In this document: positions 48,951 to 59,736 of the stretch, one piece after another
Layout: each line of letters begins with the position of its first letter
Position numbering within the stretch: the stretch's first letter is position 1
NCBI GenBank assembly: GCA_001818315.1
Contig: MHKF01000010.1
Location: 3,853-67,852, forward strand
Direction: 5' to 3'
DNA length: 64,000 nt
From: Candidatus Kerfeldbacteria bacterium RIFCSPLOWO2_02_FULL_42_19
GTDB taxonomy: Bacteria; Patescibacteriota; Patescibacteriia; HO2-48-17
Made by a program: the position numbers and the translations under genes
The notes under the pieces: generated by a model
The model's input: only the letters and a program-made list of their open reading frames with translations
Databases searched by the model: none
Told to the model about the DNA's origin: nothing

Positions 48951-51564
48951 AGAGTTGAATCTTCAAATCTTTTTCAGACGTAGGAATCAATTCGCCGTTC
49001 ACATACAACTGCGACCCTTCTTCCAGGAGATAAGGCTTTGGCACAGCTTCGAAATGTAGTGTCTGAATCTCTCCAGCGCTCGGACCAAACTCAGGTTTCT
49101 TTTGAAATGCGGCGATACCGATATCGCTACGCTGAAGTGTAATCCGTCCGCCATACAACAGCGAATTATCTTTATTGGCGATGCCAATCTTAACTCCAGC
49201 AATAGAAACGTCATCAAGCGTCACCTTACTTGCCTCGCCGACACTCACGCCTTTATCACCTGCCTGCTCTATGCGTATATCTTTTGCAGTGACAATACTT
49301 CCGGAAATATCAAGCGCATCATTTCCTGAATTCAAAAAAGTCACTTGCTTCATATCACCCGGCGCAAAATCAATATCCAATGCGTCAAATGCTGACTCAC
49401 GGAAATTCACATTTTCAAAAGCAAACTGCGAGCGTATAATATTCAAACTATCCTCAGAGCGGGCACCAACAAATTCCACGTTCGCAAAAGCAACTGGAGA
49501 TTCATAAAAATTTACGGCTCCCGTAAGCTTCCATGTACCAGAGGAAGGGTTACTCAAGTGCTCAAAACGAACATACGCAAGTTGCGAGGATTCCACCGCT
49601 TGGATAATAGCGATGCCCTGACCGGTATCATCTGATGAACGGACAATAATCGGGGAATCCTCTGTACCCTGCCAATCGAGCGGCGAAAAAGAAACAAGCG
49701 ATGCATTCTTTACAAAATCCAGTACTGTGCCCTCTCCGGCCCGCACAGTATACCCTGATGGAATGATAATGGATTTTTCCACACGAAAATTTCCTGATTG
49801 TATCACAATAACCTGAGAAGATGTGTCTATGGCAAAAAAAGGAAACTCCTGAACATTCGGGGTCTGCCGAATAACTTCTGTAAAAATATCGTCTCGTGCA
49901 TTCGTCCAAGGATACACAGAAGTAGTTTGTTCCTGCGCCACGCCTAAAATTTTATAGTGAACGCGCGTTTTTGCAAACTCTGCATCATTCCAGACAACTC
50001 CAGCAGATTGCCGCGCCGTATTCGAAAAAGAAAAAAGTACTGTTTGAAAATCAACCGGCTTCACGATACTTTTACCAGCGAGCACAACGCGTTCTTCCGG
50101 CAACAACGTTACGGTGTCATATGTAAGACGCGTCACCTCGAGAGGTAAAGTAGTAATATTGCCAAGACTCAAAACGAGAGCATTCGAAGATGCGTCGAGC
50201 ACATAAGCATGTAAGCCTTTCAAGGGGTGAAGGACTTTTTGAATAAGCGCCCGATTCCTGAAATACGTCTCTTGGGAAAACTGAAATTGTGGATACGATC
50301 GCCAGATCAGGCGCAGCTGCTTTTGCATTTCAGGGTCAAGTTCAGAAAGCAGTTTCTCAAGATAACCAGGTGCTGCGATTTGTTCCAGGGCCTGAATATA
50401 AGCAGCGAACATCGCTTCATCCTGCCATATATCTGCAAAGCGTTCTTGAAAATGTTTAAGGCCACTTCGAAAAATTGAATTCGCATCTTGATACGCAGCA
50501 GTTTCCTCACCGAGAATATGATCAATAGGTCCTGGCTCATACACGCCGTAATATCCATCATAAGGAACAGGTTCAAAACGAGCGGTGATGGGATCATAAT
50601 ACAAACGCATATTCGCCCACCACACCGAGTGACTTGCGCCAAGTAGATCAACCAAAGCATAAAAACGTGCAAATTTTTCTACATCAAAAACCTGCGAGTA
50701 TGAAAGTTCACCCTTCCGAAGTTTCTCAAGAAGTGTGACAGCAGTAACATACTGCTCACGAAGTTCTGCAGTTTCCAACACGCGAGTGGAATTATATACT
50801 TGCACCGGAGCGTTCTGGACGATGTATTCGGAATTGACAGGGTCCTCATAATACACACGATTCTTCCAATGCAAATCCTCGTCAAAACGGACAATCACTC
50901 CTTCTCGTCGTTGATTATTTTCAATCAGCAAACGATCAAAATGTTCTTCGAGAGCGTATGTCCCAAGATGTTTCCCGTTCAAAGTCACATCGACAAAAGC
51001 ATAACGTAAAGCCATGAGATTTTCCCTGCGTATGGCCGCCTGAAAAATCCACTCATAAATAAATGCGCGCGTCAAAGGATGGTGGAGAGAAAAACGTCGC
51101 ATCCCAAAAAGCGTCTCATTATTTTTTACTTCAACACGAAACGCCCATTTGTCCCGATAATTCGCATTATCAACGAGCCAATCCCCTTTGAGTCGCATAC
51201 GCACATCGTACGTCTTTCCATCATGCGTGATACGTGCAGGCACAAAATCCGCATCATCGGTAAGAATAATACCTGTCTTGAGCGCCTCTTCCCGCTCCTG
51301 AGCAATTTTTTGATAATCCTCATAGACTATGTCAATCATGAGACGCTCGGGTTGCGTCAGAAGACCCTGTACGAAATGCACAGGAATATTCAAAGTGACA
51401 GACGTCGCGTCGCGCTGCTCGGTAAGTTGCAATACAACAATGCCGGCAAAAAAAATAATAGCAAAAAGAATAAGAATGAAAAAAATTTTCCTGCGAAAGA
51501 AGAAAGTGACGCAGGTGTTCAAAAAGGATTGTTGGTATTTTGAGAAAGTAACAGGAATATTCAT
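48940..51564 (-). CDS. large membrane-anchored protein, CotH-like domain plus C-terminal parallel beta-helix repeats
   Basis: N-terminal TM; C-terminal repeated segments with G/N/D-rich turn motifs (GNDALDISGS, GVSVGEASKVTLDDVSIAG) typical of right-handed beta-helix. The CotH call is supported mainly by gene neighbourhood. Confidence 0.4.
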   Translation of the reverse strand: MNIPVTFSKYQQSFLNTCVTFFFRRKIFFILILFAIIFFAGIVVLQLTEQRDATSVTLNIPVHFVQGLLTQPERLMIDIVYEDYQKIAQEREEALKTGIILTDDADFVPARITHDGKTYDVRMRLKGDWLVDNANYRDKWAFRVEVKNNETLFGMRRFSLHHPLTRAFIYEWIFQAAIRRENLMALRYAFVDVTLNGKHLGTYALEEHFDRLLIENNQRREGVIVRFDEDLHWKNRVYYEDPVNSEYIVQNAPVQVYNSTRVLETAELREQYVTAVTLLEKLRKGELSYSQVFDVEKFARFYALVDLLGASHSVWWANMRLYYDPITARFEPVPYDGYYGVYEPGPIDHILGEETAAYQDANSIFRSGLKHFQERFADIWQDEAMFAAYIQALEQIAAPGYLEKLLSELDPEMQKQLRLIWRSYPQFQFSQETYFRNRALIQKVLHPLKGLHAYVLDASSNALVLSLGNITTLPLEVTRLTYDTVTLLPEERVVLAGKSIVKPVDFQTVLFSFSNTARQSAGVVWNDAEFAKTRVHYKILGVAQEQTTSVYPWTNARDDIFTEVIRQTPNVQEFPFFAIDTSSQVIVIQSGNFRVEKSIIIPSGYTVRAGEGTVLDFVKNASLVSFSPLDWQGTEDSPIIVRSSDDTGQGIAIIQAVESSQLAYVRFEHLSNPSSGTWKLTGAVNFYESPVAFANVEFVGARSEDSLNIIRSQFAFENVNFRESAFDALDIDFAPGDMKQVTFLNSGNDALDISGSIVTAKDIRIEQAGDKGVSVGEASKVTLDDVSIAGVKIGIANKDNSLLYGGRITLQRSDIGIAAFQKKPEFGPSAGEIQTLHFEAVPKPYLLEEGSQLYVNGELIPTSEKDLKIQLYDK

Positions 51565-52241
51565 GAAAGCAAACCTTGATGATCAAGAAACGTCACCTGC
51601 AGAGAAGCATCGAATGCCTGAAGCGCACGCTTGAGTGATTCCACATGAGCAAAATCAGAAAATCCAACAAAAAAGAGCGCCTCGAGTCCTTGTTGGGATT
51701 CATCAAAACGCCGAAGCGACAGCATTGTGGTATGTTTTTGGAGAATCTCTGTGATACGTTGCAGGCTATCGGGTTTCGATCGAGAAGTATGAATTGCAAG
51801 CGAAAGATGCGGCTGTTCGGAACGCTTGTATTGACCGCGTGCTATCAAAAGTAAAATAATCACAACAAAAGCAAACAACGTGATGAGCCACTGATCAGCG
51901 CCAAACCCAAGTCCAATAGCAATCACAAAAAAAAGATACGCAAGTTCTTCAGGTTCTTTGATTGCCGCACGAAAACGCACAATGGAAAGTGCGCCTACAA
52001 GTCCCAAAGAAAGCGCCAAAGACGACTTGACGACAGAAATAATCAAAAGAGTCGCAAGGCCAATTAAGACAAAATTGTGCGCAAAAGCAACGCGATTGGA
52101 AAGCGCGCGACCAAAACGTATATATACTTTCCCAAGTAAAAAACAGAGAAGTGCAACCGCAAGGAGGTACACAAAAAATCGTAATGGAGCGATGTTCCCG
52201 CTCGTCATAAAAAACTGTTGAAGGGTGTCAGATGTTGGCAT
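51561..52241 (-). CDS. DUF4956-like membrane protein
   Basis: Four TM segments and a VRFRAAIKEP motif; sits next to CotH-like and VTC-like genes. Confidence 0.45.
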   Translation of the reverse strand: MPTSDTLQQFFMTSGNIAPLRFFVYLLAVALLCFLLGKVYIRFGRALSNRVAFAHNFVLIGLATLLIISVVKSSLALSLGLVGALSIVRFRAAIKEPEELAYLFFVIAIGLGFGADQWLITLFAFVVIILLLIARGQYKRSEQPHLSLAIHTSRSKPDSLQRITEILQKHTTMLSLRRFDESQQGLEALFFVGFSDFAHVESLKRALQAFDASLQVTFLDHQGLLS

Positions 52242-52301
52242 ACATACAATAGAAAAATAACGGGGATTCAGGTAGAATTATTCTATCGTATACCATCTAA
52301 T

Positions 52302-53363
52302 ATGTCGATACAAAACATAAAAATAATGAAAATATGGCTTGAAAGAAAGGATACAATCACACAAGCATTCGTGATTGTGTCAGTGTATGCAATACTCTCC
52401 TTCATCAATCTCCGCAGTAAGCTCGCTAGCACCCCAGCGTGGTTCAATGGAATGTTAAGCGAAAATCATGAACTCCTCCTACAAAGTGTCTACACGAATA
52501 ACGAACAATCGCGCATACTCCAATACCTGATTCCTGAATTTTTACATCGCCTCTTCAATATTGCCATAGAACATGCGTATATCTTCCAACGTTGGTTTTT
52601 TATTTTCCTTGCTTTCTGCTTCTTTCATATCTATCTTAAAAAATGGTTTCACGAAACAACTGCATTTGCTGGCGTGACACTCCTCGCAGCTCTCATGCCA
52701 CTCGTGTACTTTAATCATCTCCAAGAAAGTGCACCGCTTATGCTCCTCACATTTCTGTTGGGGCTCTGGGCAATACGCGAAAGAAAACACCGACTTTTTT
52801 TGTTCATCCTCATCATCGGAATTCTAAACAATGAAACTTCCCTCATCCTCATACTTGCTTATTTCGCTTATCAACTTCCGCAACGTCTCAAAGATCTGAC
52901 TTACCTATCACTTACAAAAATACTCGGCAAAACATTTCTCGTGAGTCTTCCAGCAACGATCGTGCTTGTAAGTATACGCTGGTTAACAAGAGAGAATCCT
53001 CATCTCGGCACGCCGTGGAAGCTCCCCTACAATGTTGTTGGTATGCTGAGTAATCTGACCAACCTCAATATTTTCGAACTTCATCGTGCAGTATATCTTT
53101 ATCCGATTTTCCTCTTCGGCCTCTTGTGGATTTATAGCTTTCTCCACTTCAAATCAAAACCGCTATTTCTCAGACGCGCGACCTTCCTTATCCCATTCTT
53201 TATTGCGGGCAACATGCTGACGGGAAATATCTACGAAGCGCGACAAATGCTTCCTTTGGGTTTTATTATTATTCCTCTGGCGCTATGGAATCTGTTTCCA
53301 CGCGATACACATGCACCGACGCATTCTCATACACTAACGAAAGCCACGAAGGAAGTGGATTGA
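52302..53363 (+). CDS. polytopic membrane protein, unknown function
   Basis: Multiple hydrophobic helices; start moved to internal Met to avoid overlap. The 3' end overlaps the convergent gene by about 95 nt. Confidence 0.35.
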   Translation: MSIQNIKIMKIWLERKDTITQAFVIVSVYAILSFINLRSKLASTPAWFNGMLSENHELLLQSVYTNNEQSRILQYLIPEFLHRLFNIAIEHAYIFQRWFFIFLAFCFFHIYLKKWFHETTAFAGVTLLAALMPLVYFNHLQESAPLMLLTFLLGLWAIRERKHRLFLFILIIGILNNETSLILILAYFAYQLPQRLKDLTYLSLTKILGKTFLVSLPATIVLVSIRWLTRENPHLGTPWKLPYNVVGMLSNLTNLNIFELHRAVYLYPIFLFGLLWIYSFLHFKSKPLFLRRATFLIPFFIAGNMLTGNIYEARQMLPLGFIIIPLALWNLFPRDTHAPTHSHTLTKATKEVD

Positions 53364-54969
53364 AACGTGTTCTAAACTGTGCAAAAAGAACAGGGGTAAC
53401 TAAAAGATACTGCGCTTGAGCAACTTGCGTAAGAAAATAATATTTTTGCGAAAGTTGTTGCGGCTCCGACAAAAATGTTTGCAAAAGACGTAAGCGATTC
53501 TCGAACTCTCGCGTCTGTACGGGATGCGCAACGTACACTCGCCTGCCAGTAAAAGCGGCAAGAAGTTGACTATTCAACACATCACTCACAAACACCGCGT
53601 CACGCGGAGTATTGACACGGATCCAATCAAAGGCCGAACGCGCGTCTGAAGGAATGTAAAAACGTGCATCATCTTTATTGCCCCAGTATCGAAAATCAAC
53701 TGCCAAAACATGGGCCTGCGAAAGTCCAAAAATACCAATAAAAAGAAAGATGAACAAAGGAACAGGATACAGATACACCTTATGCCGCTGCCACCATGAG
53801 GCAAAAAATTTTTGCCATACAAAAACAATTCCTGTAAAAGCAAGGAGTGCAAGCGGCACTTGAAACCCAGCCGTAAGCCTCCGTTGCCACAAGACCGGTG
53901 CGTACAAAACTACAAAGTGCACAACAGCCCAAGTGATCACAAACAGCCACGGCTCAGAAACAGCACGCTTGCGTACGAGCACAACAATGCCAGTGAGCGC
54001 AAGCGGAATCAGCGCACCGTAAGAAAGCAGTGTGAGCCACCACACCGTTGTTGGTAGGGTGTTCTGCAGAGACATTTGTTGGACAAGTGGGTGTTCACGC
54101 AAAAAATTCCAATGATATATGAGGGGCGGAAACGTAAGGAATAGAAAGAGAACGCAATGTAATCCATCGCGCACAAGGGACGAGTGTAAAACGAACTTAC
54201 GCACAAGCACATACCCGCCGAGCGCCGCAAATACGGTGAGAACGTGAAACGGATGAAACCAAAAAAGGAACGCAGCTATGAAACCTGCGCAAACACTCCA
54301 GCGGAATTGCTGAAACCGCAAAGCGAGATGCATGAAAAATACTGATAGAACGATACTCAAAAAGGAAACAATAAGATGTGGTGAATGATACAGCGTCAGA
54401 AACGTAACAGACTCAGGTACCCACAAATCCATAGGCCAATGAAAATAACCGCGGTCATAATACGACTGAACAAAAAAACTTCCGAAGAAACCCCAACCAG
54501 AAGCAAAAATCAAAAACAACAGAGCGAATTTGCGTTGTACTATCGACGAAAAAAAGTAGGAAATAATCGCATACATCACGACCACAAACACAGGAATCAA
54601 CACAAGTCGAGTGACATGAAAAGTAAACACAGGTGACATTCCAAATATTTTTCCGAACAACCCAATAAGATACCACAGGGAAGAAAACGGCCAACGTGCA
54701 TCATCGGCGCCAGAGAAAACGTTTTGCATGCCGATGACACCATCATTCACTTGTGTAAGATACGAATAGTACACAGGAAAATCCCCCGGCGTGAGTGTAT
54801 GAATACCAGAAAAGAATGTGCCGGCAGGCGCTGTGATCGAAGCGTAAACATACGGCAGTGCAAAAAGAATCATAAGAATGACACTCAACGCCATAAGAAA
54901 ATACCATTCTTTGATTGAAAATTTTGAAAAAATACATAGTGCCATAGAACGAAAAAAATAATCAAACAC
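53269..54969 (-). CDS. large polytopic membrane protein, GT-C-like (ArnT/PMT-type) putative glycosyltransferase
   Basis: About 566 aa with more than 12 hydrophobic helices; 8-nt overlap with the downstream polyprenol-P-mannose synthase gene suggests an operon. Confidence 0.45.
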   Translation of the reverse strand: MFDYFFRSMALCIFSKFSIKEWYFLMALSVILMILFALPYVYASITAPAGTFFSGIHTLTPGDFPVYYSYLTQVNDGVIGMQNVFSGADDARWPFSSLWYLIGLFGKIFGMSPVFTFHVTRLVLIPVFVVVMYAIISYFFSSIVQRKFALLFLIFASGWGFFGSFFVQSYYDRGYFHWPMDLWVPESVTFLTLYHSPHLIVSFLSIVLSVFFMHLALRFQQFRWSVCAGFIAAFLFWFHPFHVLTVFAALGGYVLVRKFVLHSSLVRDGLHCVLFLFLTFPPLIYHWNFLREHPLVQQMSLQNTLPTTVWWLTLLSYGALIPLALTGIVVLVRKRAVSEPWLFVITWAVVHFVVLYAPVLWQRRLTAGFQVPLALLAFTGIVFVWQKFFASWWQRHKVYLYPVPLFIFLFIGIFGLSQAHVLAVDFRYWGNKDDARFYIPSDARSAFDWIRVNTPRDAVFVSDVLNSQLLAAFTGRRVYVAHPVQTREFENRLRLLQTFLSEPQQLSQKYYFLTQVAQAQYLLVTPVLFAQFRTRFNPLPSWLSLVYENASVHVYRVETDSIAPEE

Positions 54970-55717
54970 GTCCCGCTATTGGTCGACGATCACGAAACGC
55001 TTGAATACGTAATCGAAAAAGTGTCGCAAAAAATGCAAGAATTTCTTTGCGTGAAAGTTTTGATTTCCCACGGCGTCGGTCGCGAAACACAATCGGAATT
55101 TCTCGAACGCGAAAACCCCGACGTTCGATCAAATACAATGTTTCTTCCTGAAAAGCATAGCCATCGCTCTGAATACCTCTTGCAAGCAAAAAACGAACAA
55201 CTTCGGCACGAAAACATCGAAATCCCGAAGTGATATCCTGCGTTTTTAAACGCAGGACTAAACGAGAAAGCCATATAGCGGAAGCGCTCGCAAAACGTCG
55301 TCTCAAACTCCAGTCCGTAATAGAACCGCCCGGAATCCGACGGGATCCGATGACAACATCGGCTCCAGCGCGAATGGTTTGGATAAACTGCGGAATCAAA
55401 ACGGGATCATGCGAAAAATCCGCATCCATTTCCATCACAAAATCAGCTCCATCCTCTAAAGCTTTTTGAAAACCCGCGCGGTAGGCGCTCCCTAAACCAA
55501 GTTTTCGCGGACGTGCAATGAGTTGCAGTGGAAAACGCTGCGCAAAACTTCGAACAATTGCTCCTGTTCCATCAGGAGAATGATCATCCACAACAATAAC
55601 GGAAAGAGAAAGTGGCAACGAAAAAATTTTTTCCAGAAGGAGAGTAATATTCTCCGCTTCATCATACGTCGGAATAACGATAGTAATGCGAGGACTCGAT
55701 GTATCCAAAACTGGCAT
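54962..55717 (-). CDS. polyprenol-monophosphomannose (dolichyl-phosphate mannose) synthase, GT2
   Basis: ITIVIPTYDEAENI, VVDDHSPDGT and MDADFSHDP motifs. Confidence 0.85.
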   Translation of the reverse strand: MPVLDTSSPRITIVIPTYDEAENITLLLEKIFSLPLSLSVIVVDDHSPDGTGAIVRSFAQRFPLQLIARPRKLGLGSAYRAGFQKALEDGADFVMEMDADFSHDPVLIPQFIQTIRAGADVVIGSRRIPGGSITDWSLRRRFASASAIWLSRLVLRLKTQDITSGFRCFRAEVVRFLLARGIQSDGYAFQEETLYLIERRGFRVREIPIVFRDRRRGKSKLSRKEILAFFATLFRLRIQAFRDRRPIAGRV

Positions 55718-55738
55718 ATTAAATATTATGCGCCAAAC

Positions 55739-57070
55739 TCATTCAACAAAAGCATATTTCTGTTTCTGTGTGATCTGCAAAACCATACGATACACCAACC
55801 ACAACAAAATCGCGGAACGAACAAACACCAATGCCTGAAAAGACCAAACATCGCCAGCAAGAAGCCGTTCGTAAAAGAAAGGAAACTGCAGATAATTCAG
55901 GATATCAAATACAATCACCAGTAATAATTCTTTCCCGCGCGAGAGCACAAAAAGGAGTAGCGGTAAAAACCACAGGATCCATTGATTAGAGTATACATTA
56001 TTCCACAAAACAAAATTCATCAAAATAAGACAGCCCCACAAAAGAAACAACTCAGTAGACATGTGGAAATTTTGTACACGGCTCTGACGCACAAACCAGA
56101 GAGGTAAAAAGGCGAGCGGCAGAAACCGAACAATGCCGAATACAAACGATAAGAGTTCGTTAAAAAACGGCGGAAGAGCAAAGACACCTGAAAACGCGAT
56201 TGGATCACGGCTATAAATTCGCCCACCAAAGAGTGCAGCAAAAAAACTTCCAACTTCGCTCGAACGATACAACTGCAAAATATAAGGATCGAAAATCATA
56301 TCCCAGCCGAATATCAATCCTACGAAAAAATGTGTCGCAAAAAATAATCCGAAGAATGCGCACCAGCCGCGAATAATATCACGCTGATGCGTCGGATGGA
56401 TAACGAAAGGAACGAGATGGAAAAAATAGAGCGGCGCTAAAAAAGCTGTATGCCATTTAAGTAAAGCTGAGAGTGCCAAAAAAACTAAAGACCAAAAAAA
56501 TTGCTTGCGTATCAGAAATCGTATACTTACAAGCAATGTAAGCGCTACAAGAATATCGAAGCGATTAAATATAAAATAGAGACTTGAAGGCAGAAACAAA
56601 AGCCAAAGCCATGCTTTGGATCGATTCAGAATTTCCAATATAGCAGAGGCGATGAGCAAAGTTCCGCCAAAGGCGAGTCCCATGAGAATTTGAAAAAGAA
56701 TAATGAAGTGAAAAAAATCACCGCCAGTGAAATAAATAATACTACGCAGAACAACAGCAAGAAGAAAAAAAAGCGGTGGATACGAACTTCTCGGCGCGAT
56801 ATCGACAAGCGTCGTGCCACCAAAAAAGCGCGATACCATCTCATAATAATAGGCGAAGTCGCCATAATCATAGAGCAAGGTACGATGCCAAATCCCAAAC
56901 GGCGGATACCAAGAAGTTCTCGAAAAAATATACAAAGCAAAAACAACAATGCATGTCAAAATCAATATTGAAAGTAATTGCAAAAAAGAATGATTCGACA
57001 CTCTGGAAAACGCAATGCGCATAAAAAAACGATGGATATCATGCGTGCAAAAACAGTGGCATTGTATCAT
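55739..57070 (-). CDS. polytopic membrane protein, GT-C-like mannosyltransferase candidate
   Basis: About 443 aa, highly hydrophobic, adjacent to Dpm synthase. Confidence 0.4.
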   Translation of the reverse strand: MIQCHCFCTHDIHRFFMRIAFSRVSNHSFLQLLSILILTCIVVFALYIFSRTSWYPPFGIWHRTLLYDYGDFAYYYEMVSRFFGGTTLVDIAPRSSYPPLFFLLAVVLRSIIYFTGGDFFHFIILFQILMGLAFGGTLLIASAILEILNRSKAWLWLLFLPSSLYFIFNRFDILVALTLLVSIRFLIRKQFFWSLVFLALSALLKWHTAFLAPLYFFHLVPFVIHPTHQRDIIRGWCAFFGLFFATHFFVGLIFGWDMIFDPYILQLYRSSEVGSFFAALFGGRIYSRDPIAFSGVFALPPFFNELLSFVFGIVRFLPLAFLPLWFVRQSRVQNFHMSTELFLLWGCLILMNFVLWNNVYSNQWILWFLPLLLFVLSRGKELLLVIVFDILNYLQFPFFYERLLAGDVWSFQALVFVRSAILLWLVYRMVLQITQKQKYAFVE

Positions 57071-57122
57071 AGCAATCTATACGTGACAACGATCTTTGAA
57101 AAAAAAATATTCAAGAAAGAAC

Positions 57123-57197
57123 AGAGCCCTCTCTGTATATATCTTCTCAAGTGACTTTTCCATGTCATCTCGAGAAGATATATACAGAGAGGGCTCT
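57123..57197. repeat. 26-bp perfect inverted repeat with 23-nt spacer between divergent gene starts
   Basis: agagccctctctgtatatatcttctc / gagaagatatatacagagagggctct. Confidence 0.8.
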
Positions 57198-57257
57198 AAC
57201 TTACTTCTTTTGAGTAATTCGTATGACAAAGTACGTCAAAAAAGTTATAGTAAGGAC

Positions 57258-59195
57258 ATGAAAAAAACAATATTTTTTTTATTACTTTTCTTCTACGCGT
57301 TTCTTTGGATAACGCTTTTTTTACTCGCAATTTTTTACAATAACCATACACTGCTCATTACATTTCTCGATAACAAAACCGCGTTTCCTTTCTTTCATGT
57401 ATTACAAGGAGCGAATATCAGAGCGTTGATAGACACCTTTCCAATCATGCTCACTCCGATACTCATTGCGCTCTTACTTGCTCACATCAAACAAAAGTGG
57501 GTACGAAGAGTGCTCGTCGGTATCACTGCTGCTATCACTGCCATAGTCTTTGCAATTGATATTATTCTTATCGTCTATAAAATCATCACAAAGCTTGATT
57601 TTGACTTCCGTCTCTTCTGGTATAATTCCTCGGTCATTGCAACGACTATTTGGCGCGTTGCACCCTTAGCAACATGGGCACTTGCGGAAGCATTTTTTTT
57701 CCTGATCGTATTTTGGTATGCTTTTCTCTCTGTATTATCGCAAGCGCCACGACCAAAAAAAAACTCTGTAGCCCTCCTTACGATCCTTATTTTAAGTTTC
57801 ATCATACAAGGAGTAACGTTTCATACTCAGAGAGAAGCGTTTACGCATTTTCTCTATTCTATAGTCCGCTATAAACGTTCCATTGGTACCTATTACGAGC
57901 GTAAATATAATGAGCACATACAAAAACTCCTGCAACAAAATAATATATTTGGAGAAAACAAAATTCCAAAACCTCTCGGTGAAAATATATTCATAGTGCA
58001 ACTCGAAAGCGTCTCAAGTCTCGTGGTAAACGAAAAAATTACTCCAAACCTCACTGCAAGCGCAAAAGAGGGAATCTTATTTCCAAACTTCTATTCCAAT
58101 TCAGTCCAAACTATTCGAGCGGAAGAATCCATCCTTTGTGGACTTCCACCTACGATGCATGTTCAGCTTATGCGCAAACTCGCACTTGAAAATATAGCGC
58201 GACTCCCTTGTCTTCCAAAACTACTGCAAGAACTCGGATATCAGACTCTACTTTTTGACGATTTCTATGGAGGATTTGAAGAAACAGATACTTTTTTAAA
58301 AACGATCGGTTTTCAAGAAATGCATGGATATGACATTATGCAAAAAAATGATCCAAAAACATCATGGGGGTATCGAGAAGACGAATTTTTCCAAAGAGTG
58401 CTCGAATATCTTGCACAACACCCGAGCGACAAACCACGCTTTGTGTACATCACCGTAAGCGCCACAAATCACGCGCCTTTCGACATTGATGAAAAAACTT
58501 TCAGCGCACGCCTTCCTTATCCCAAAGGCGATACGATAGAGCAAAAAGCAGCGAATGCGACTTTTGTCCAAGATGCATATTTAGCTGATTTTCTTAAAGA
58601 GTTTGGAAAAGAATATGCTGAACAAAGTTCGCTTTTTATTCTCAGCGATACATCTTGGCCAGTACCGATCCACGGTAATATCTATAACCTCGTCGGGGCC
58701 TATGAAGAAAATTTTCTCATCCCGATGGTGTTTATGCCAGCAAAAAGCATCCAAGAGACTTTTGCGACCGACAAAATTGTGCAGGAACGATTCGAACAAA
58801 TAGACATACTCCCAACTATCCTCCATCTCATAAACGGCAAGGCCCCGTCCGAATTCTTGGGTCAATCGCTCGTATCTGTCCTTCGCAAAGATAGCACAAG
58901 CGAACCCGCATCGTGGAAACTCTCTTTGCAACCCTATGATGGCGGATATATATCGCTTGTGCGCTTCCCAGATAAGTATCTCTTTAACCTCACAGAAAAC
59001 ACGGTCACACGATATAAGCTCGATAGCGACCCCCAAGAAAGAGCCCCTCTCGGCACGGAAAAACCCGACGCATTCCTACCTCTTATTGAGAATTATTTTT
59101 TAAAAAATACCAATGTCTCAACAAACGCCACATCAACATCGTCTGACTCAAAGGATGAAGTATCGAAGTCAATTTCTGAAAGCATTCCTCAGTGA
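57258..59195 (+). CDS. LtaS/sulfatase-family (alkaline-phosphatase superfamily) membrane enzyme
   Basis: N-terminal multi-TM region, then an extracytoplasmic domain with VQLESVSS and SATNHAPFD motifs. Start set at MKKTIFF with an AAGGA SD, downstream of the palindrome. Confidence 0.6.
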   Translation: MKKTIFFLLLFFYAFLWITLFLLAIFYNNHTLLITFLDNKTAFPFFHVLQGANIRALIDTFPIMLTPILIALLLAHIKQKWVRRVLVGITAAITAIVFAIDIILIVYKIITKLDFDFRLFWYNSSVIATTIWRVAPLATWALAEAFFFLIVFWYAFLSVLSQAPRPKKNSVALLTILILSFIIQGVTFHTQREAFTHFLYSIVRYKRSIGTYYERKYNEHIQKLLQQNNIFGENKIPKPLGENIFIVQLESVSSLVVNEKITPNLTASAKEGILFPNFYSNSVQTIRAEESILCGLPPTMHVQLMRKLALENIARLPCLPKLLQELGYQTLLFDDFYGGFEETDTFLKTIGFQEMHGYDIMQKNDPKTSWGYREDEFFQRVLEYLAQHPSDKPRFVYITVSATNHAPFDIDEKTFSARLPYPKGDTIEQKAANATFVQDAYLADFLKEFGKEYAEQSSLFILSDTSWPVPIHGNIYNLVGAYEENFLIPMVFMPAKSIQETFATDKIVQERFEQIDILPTILHLINGKAPSEFLGQSLVSVLRKDSTSEPASWKLSLQPYDGGYISLVRFPDKYLFNLTENTVTRYKLDSDPQERAPLGTEKPDAFLPLIENYFLKNTNVSTNATSTSSDSKDEVSKSISESIPQ

Positions 59196-59718
59196 CAGAA
59201 ATGTTGCGTCGCTCACTCCAACATCACGCATAAGCGTCCAAAAAATTTGCAAAAAAATAGATTTCGAACGTGACAGAACGATCGTTGAGTTTGGCCCGGG
59301 TGATGGAGTATTCACCAAATACCTCCTCAAACACATGACACCAGCTTCACGAATCATCATTTTCGAAACCAATAAAAGTTTTATCAATGAACTTGAAAAA
59401 ATTGCTGACCCGCGACTCATAATACTCCACCAAAAGGCTGAAGAGTTCACAAGCGCATTCAAAAACATGGGTATTCAATCAGTTGATTATGTACTCTCGG
59501 GCATTCCATTTAGCTTTCTCAAACCAACAAAACGTCTGCAATTACTTCACGATATAGCAAAGGCGCTCAAACCAGAAGGCAAAGCGATTATTTACCAAAT
59601 TTCGCCGCTGCTCCTTCCCTACATTCAGAAGGTGTTTCCTTATCGCAAATATTCACTTGCCTGGCAAAACATTCCACCCCTTACGATCTTCGAGGCCTGG
59701 AAGCATTCAAAAATCTGA
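59155..59718 (+). CDS. class I SAM-dependent methyltransferase
   Basis: Motif I IVEFGPGDGVFT; overlaps the upstream gene end. Confidence 0.6.
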   Translation: MKYRSQFLKAFLSDRNVASLTPTSRISVQKICKKIDFERDRTIVEFGPGDGVFTKYLLKHMTPASRIIIFETNKSFINELEKIADPRLIILHQKAEEFTSAFKNMGIQSVDYVLSGIPFSFLKPTKRLQLLHDIAKALKPEGKAIIYQISPLLLPYIQKVFPYRKYSLAWQNIPPLTIFEAWKHSKI

Positions 59719-59736
59719 ATTCTTTCATCCGAAAAA

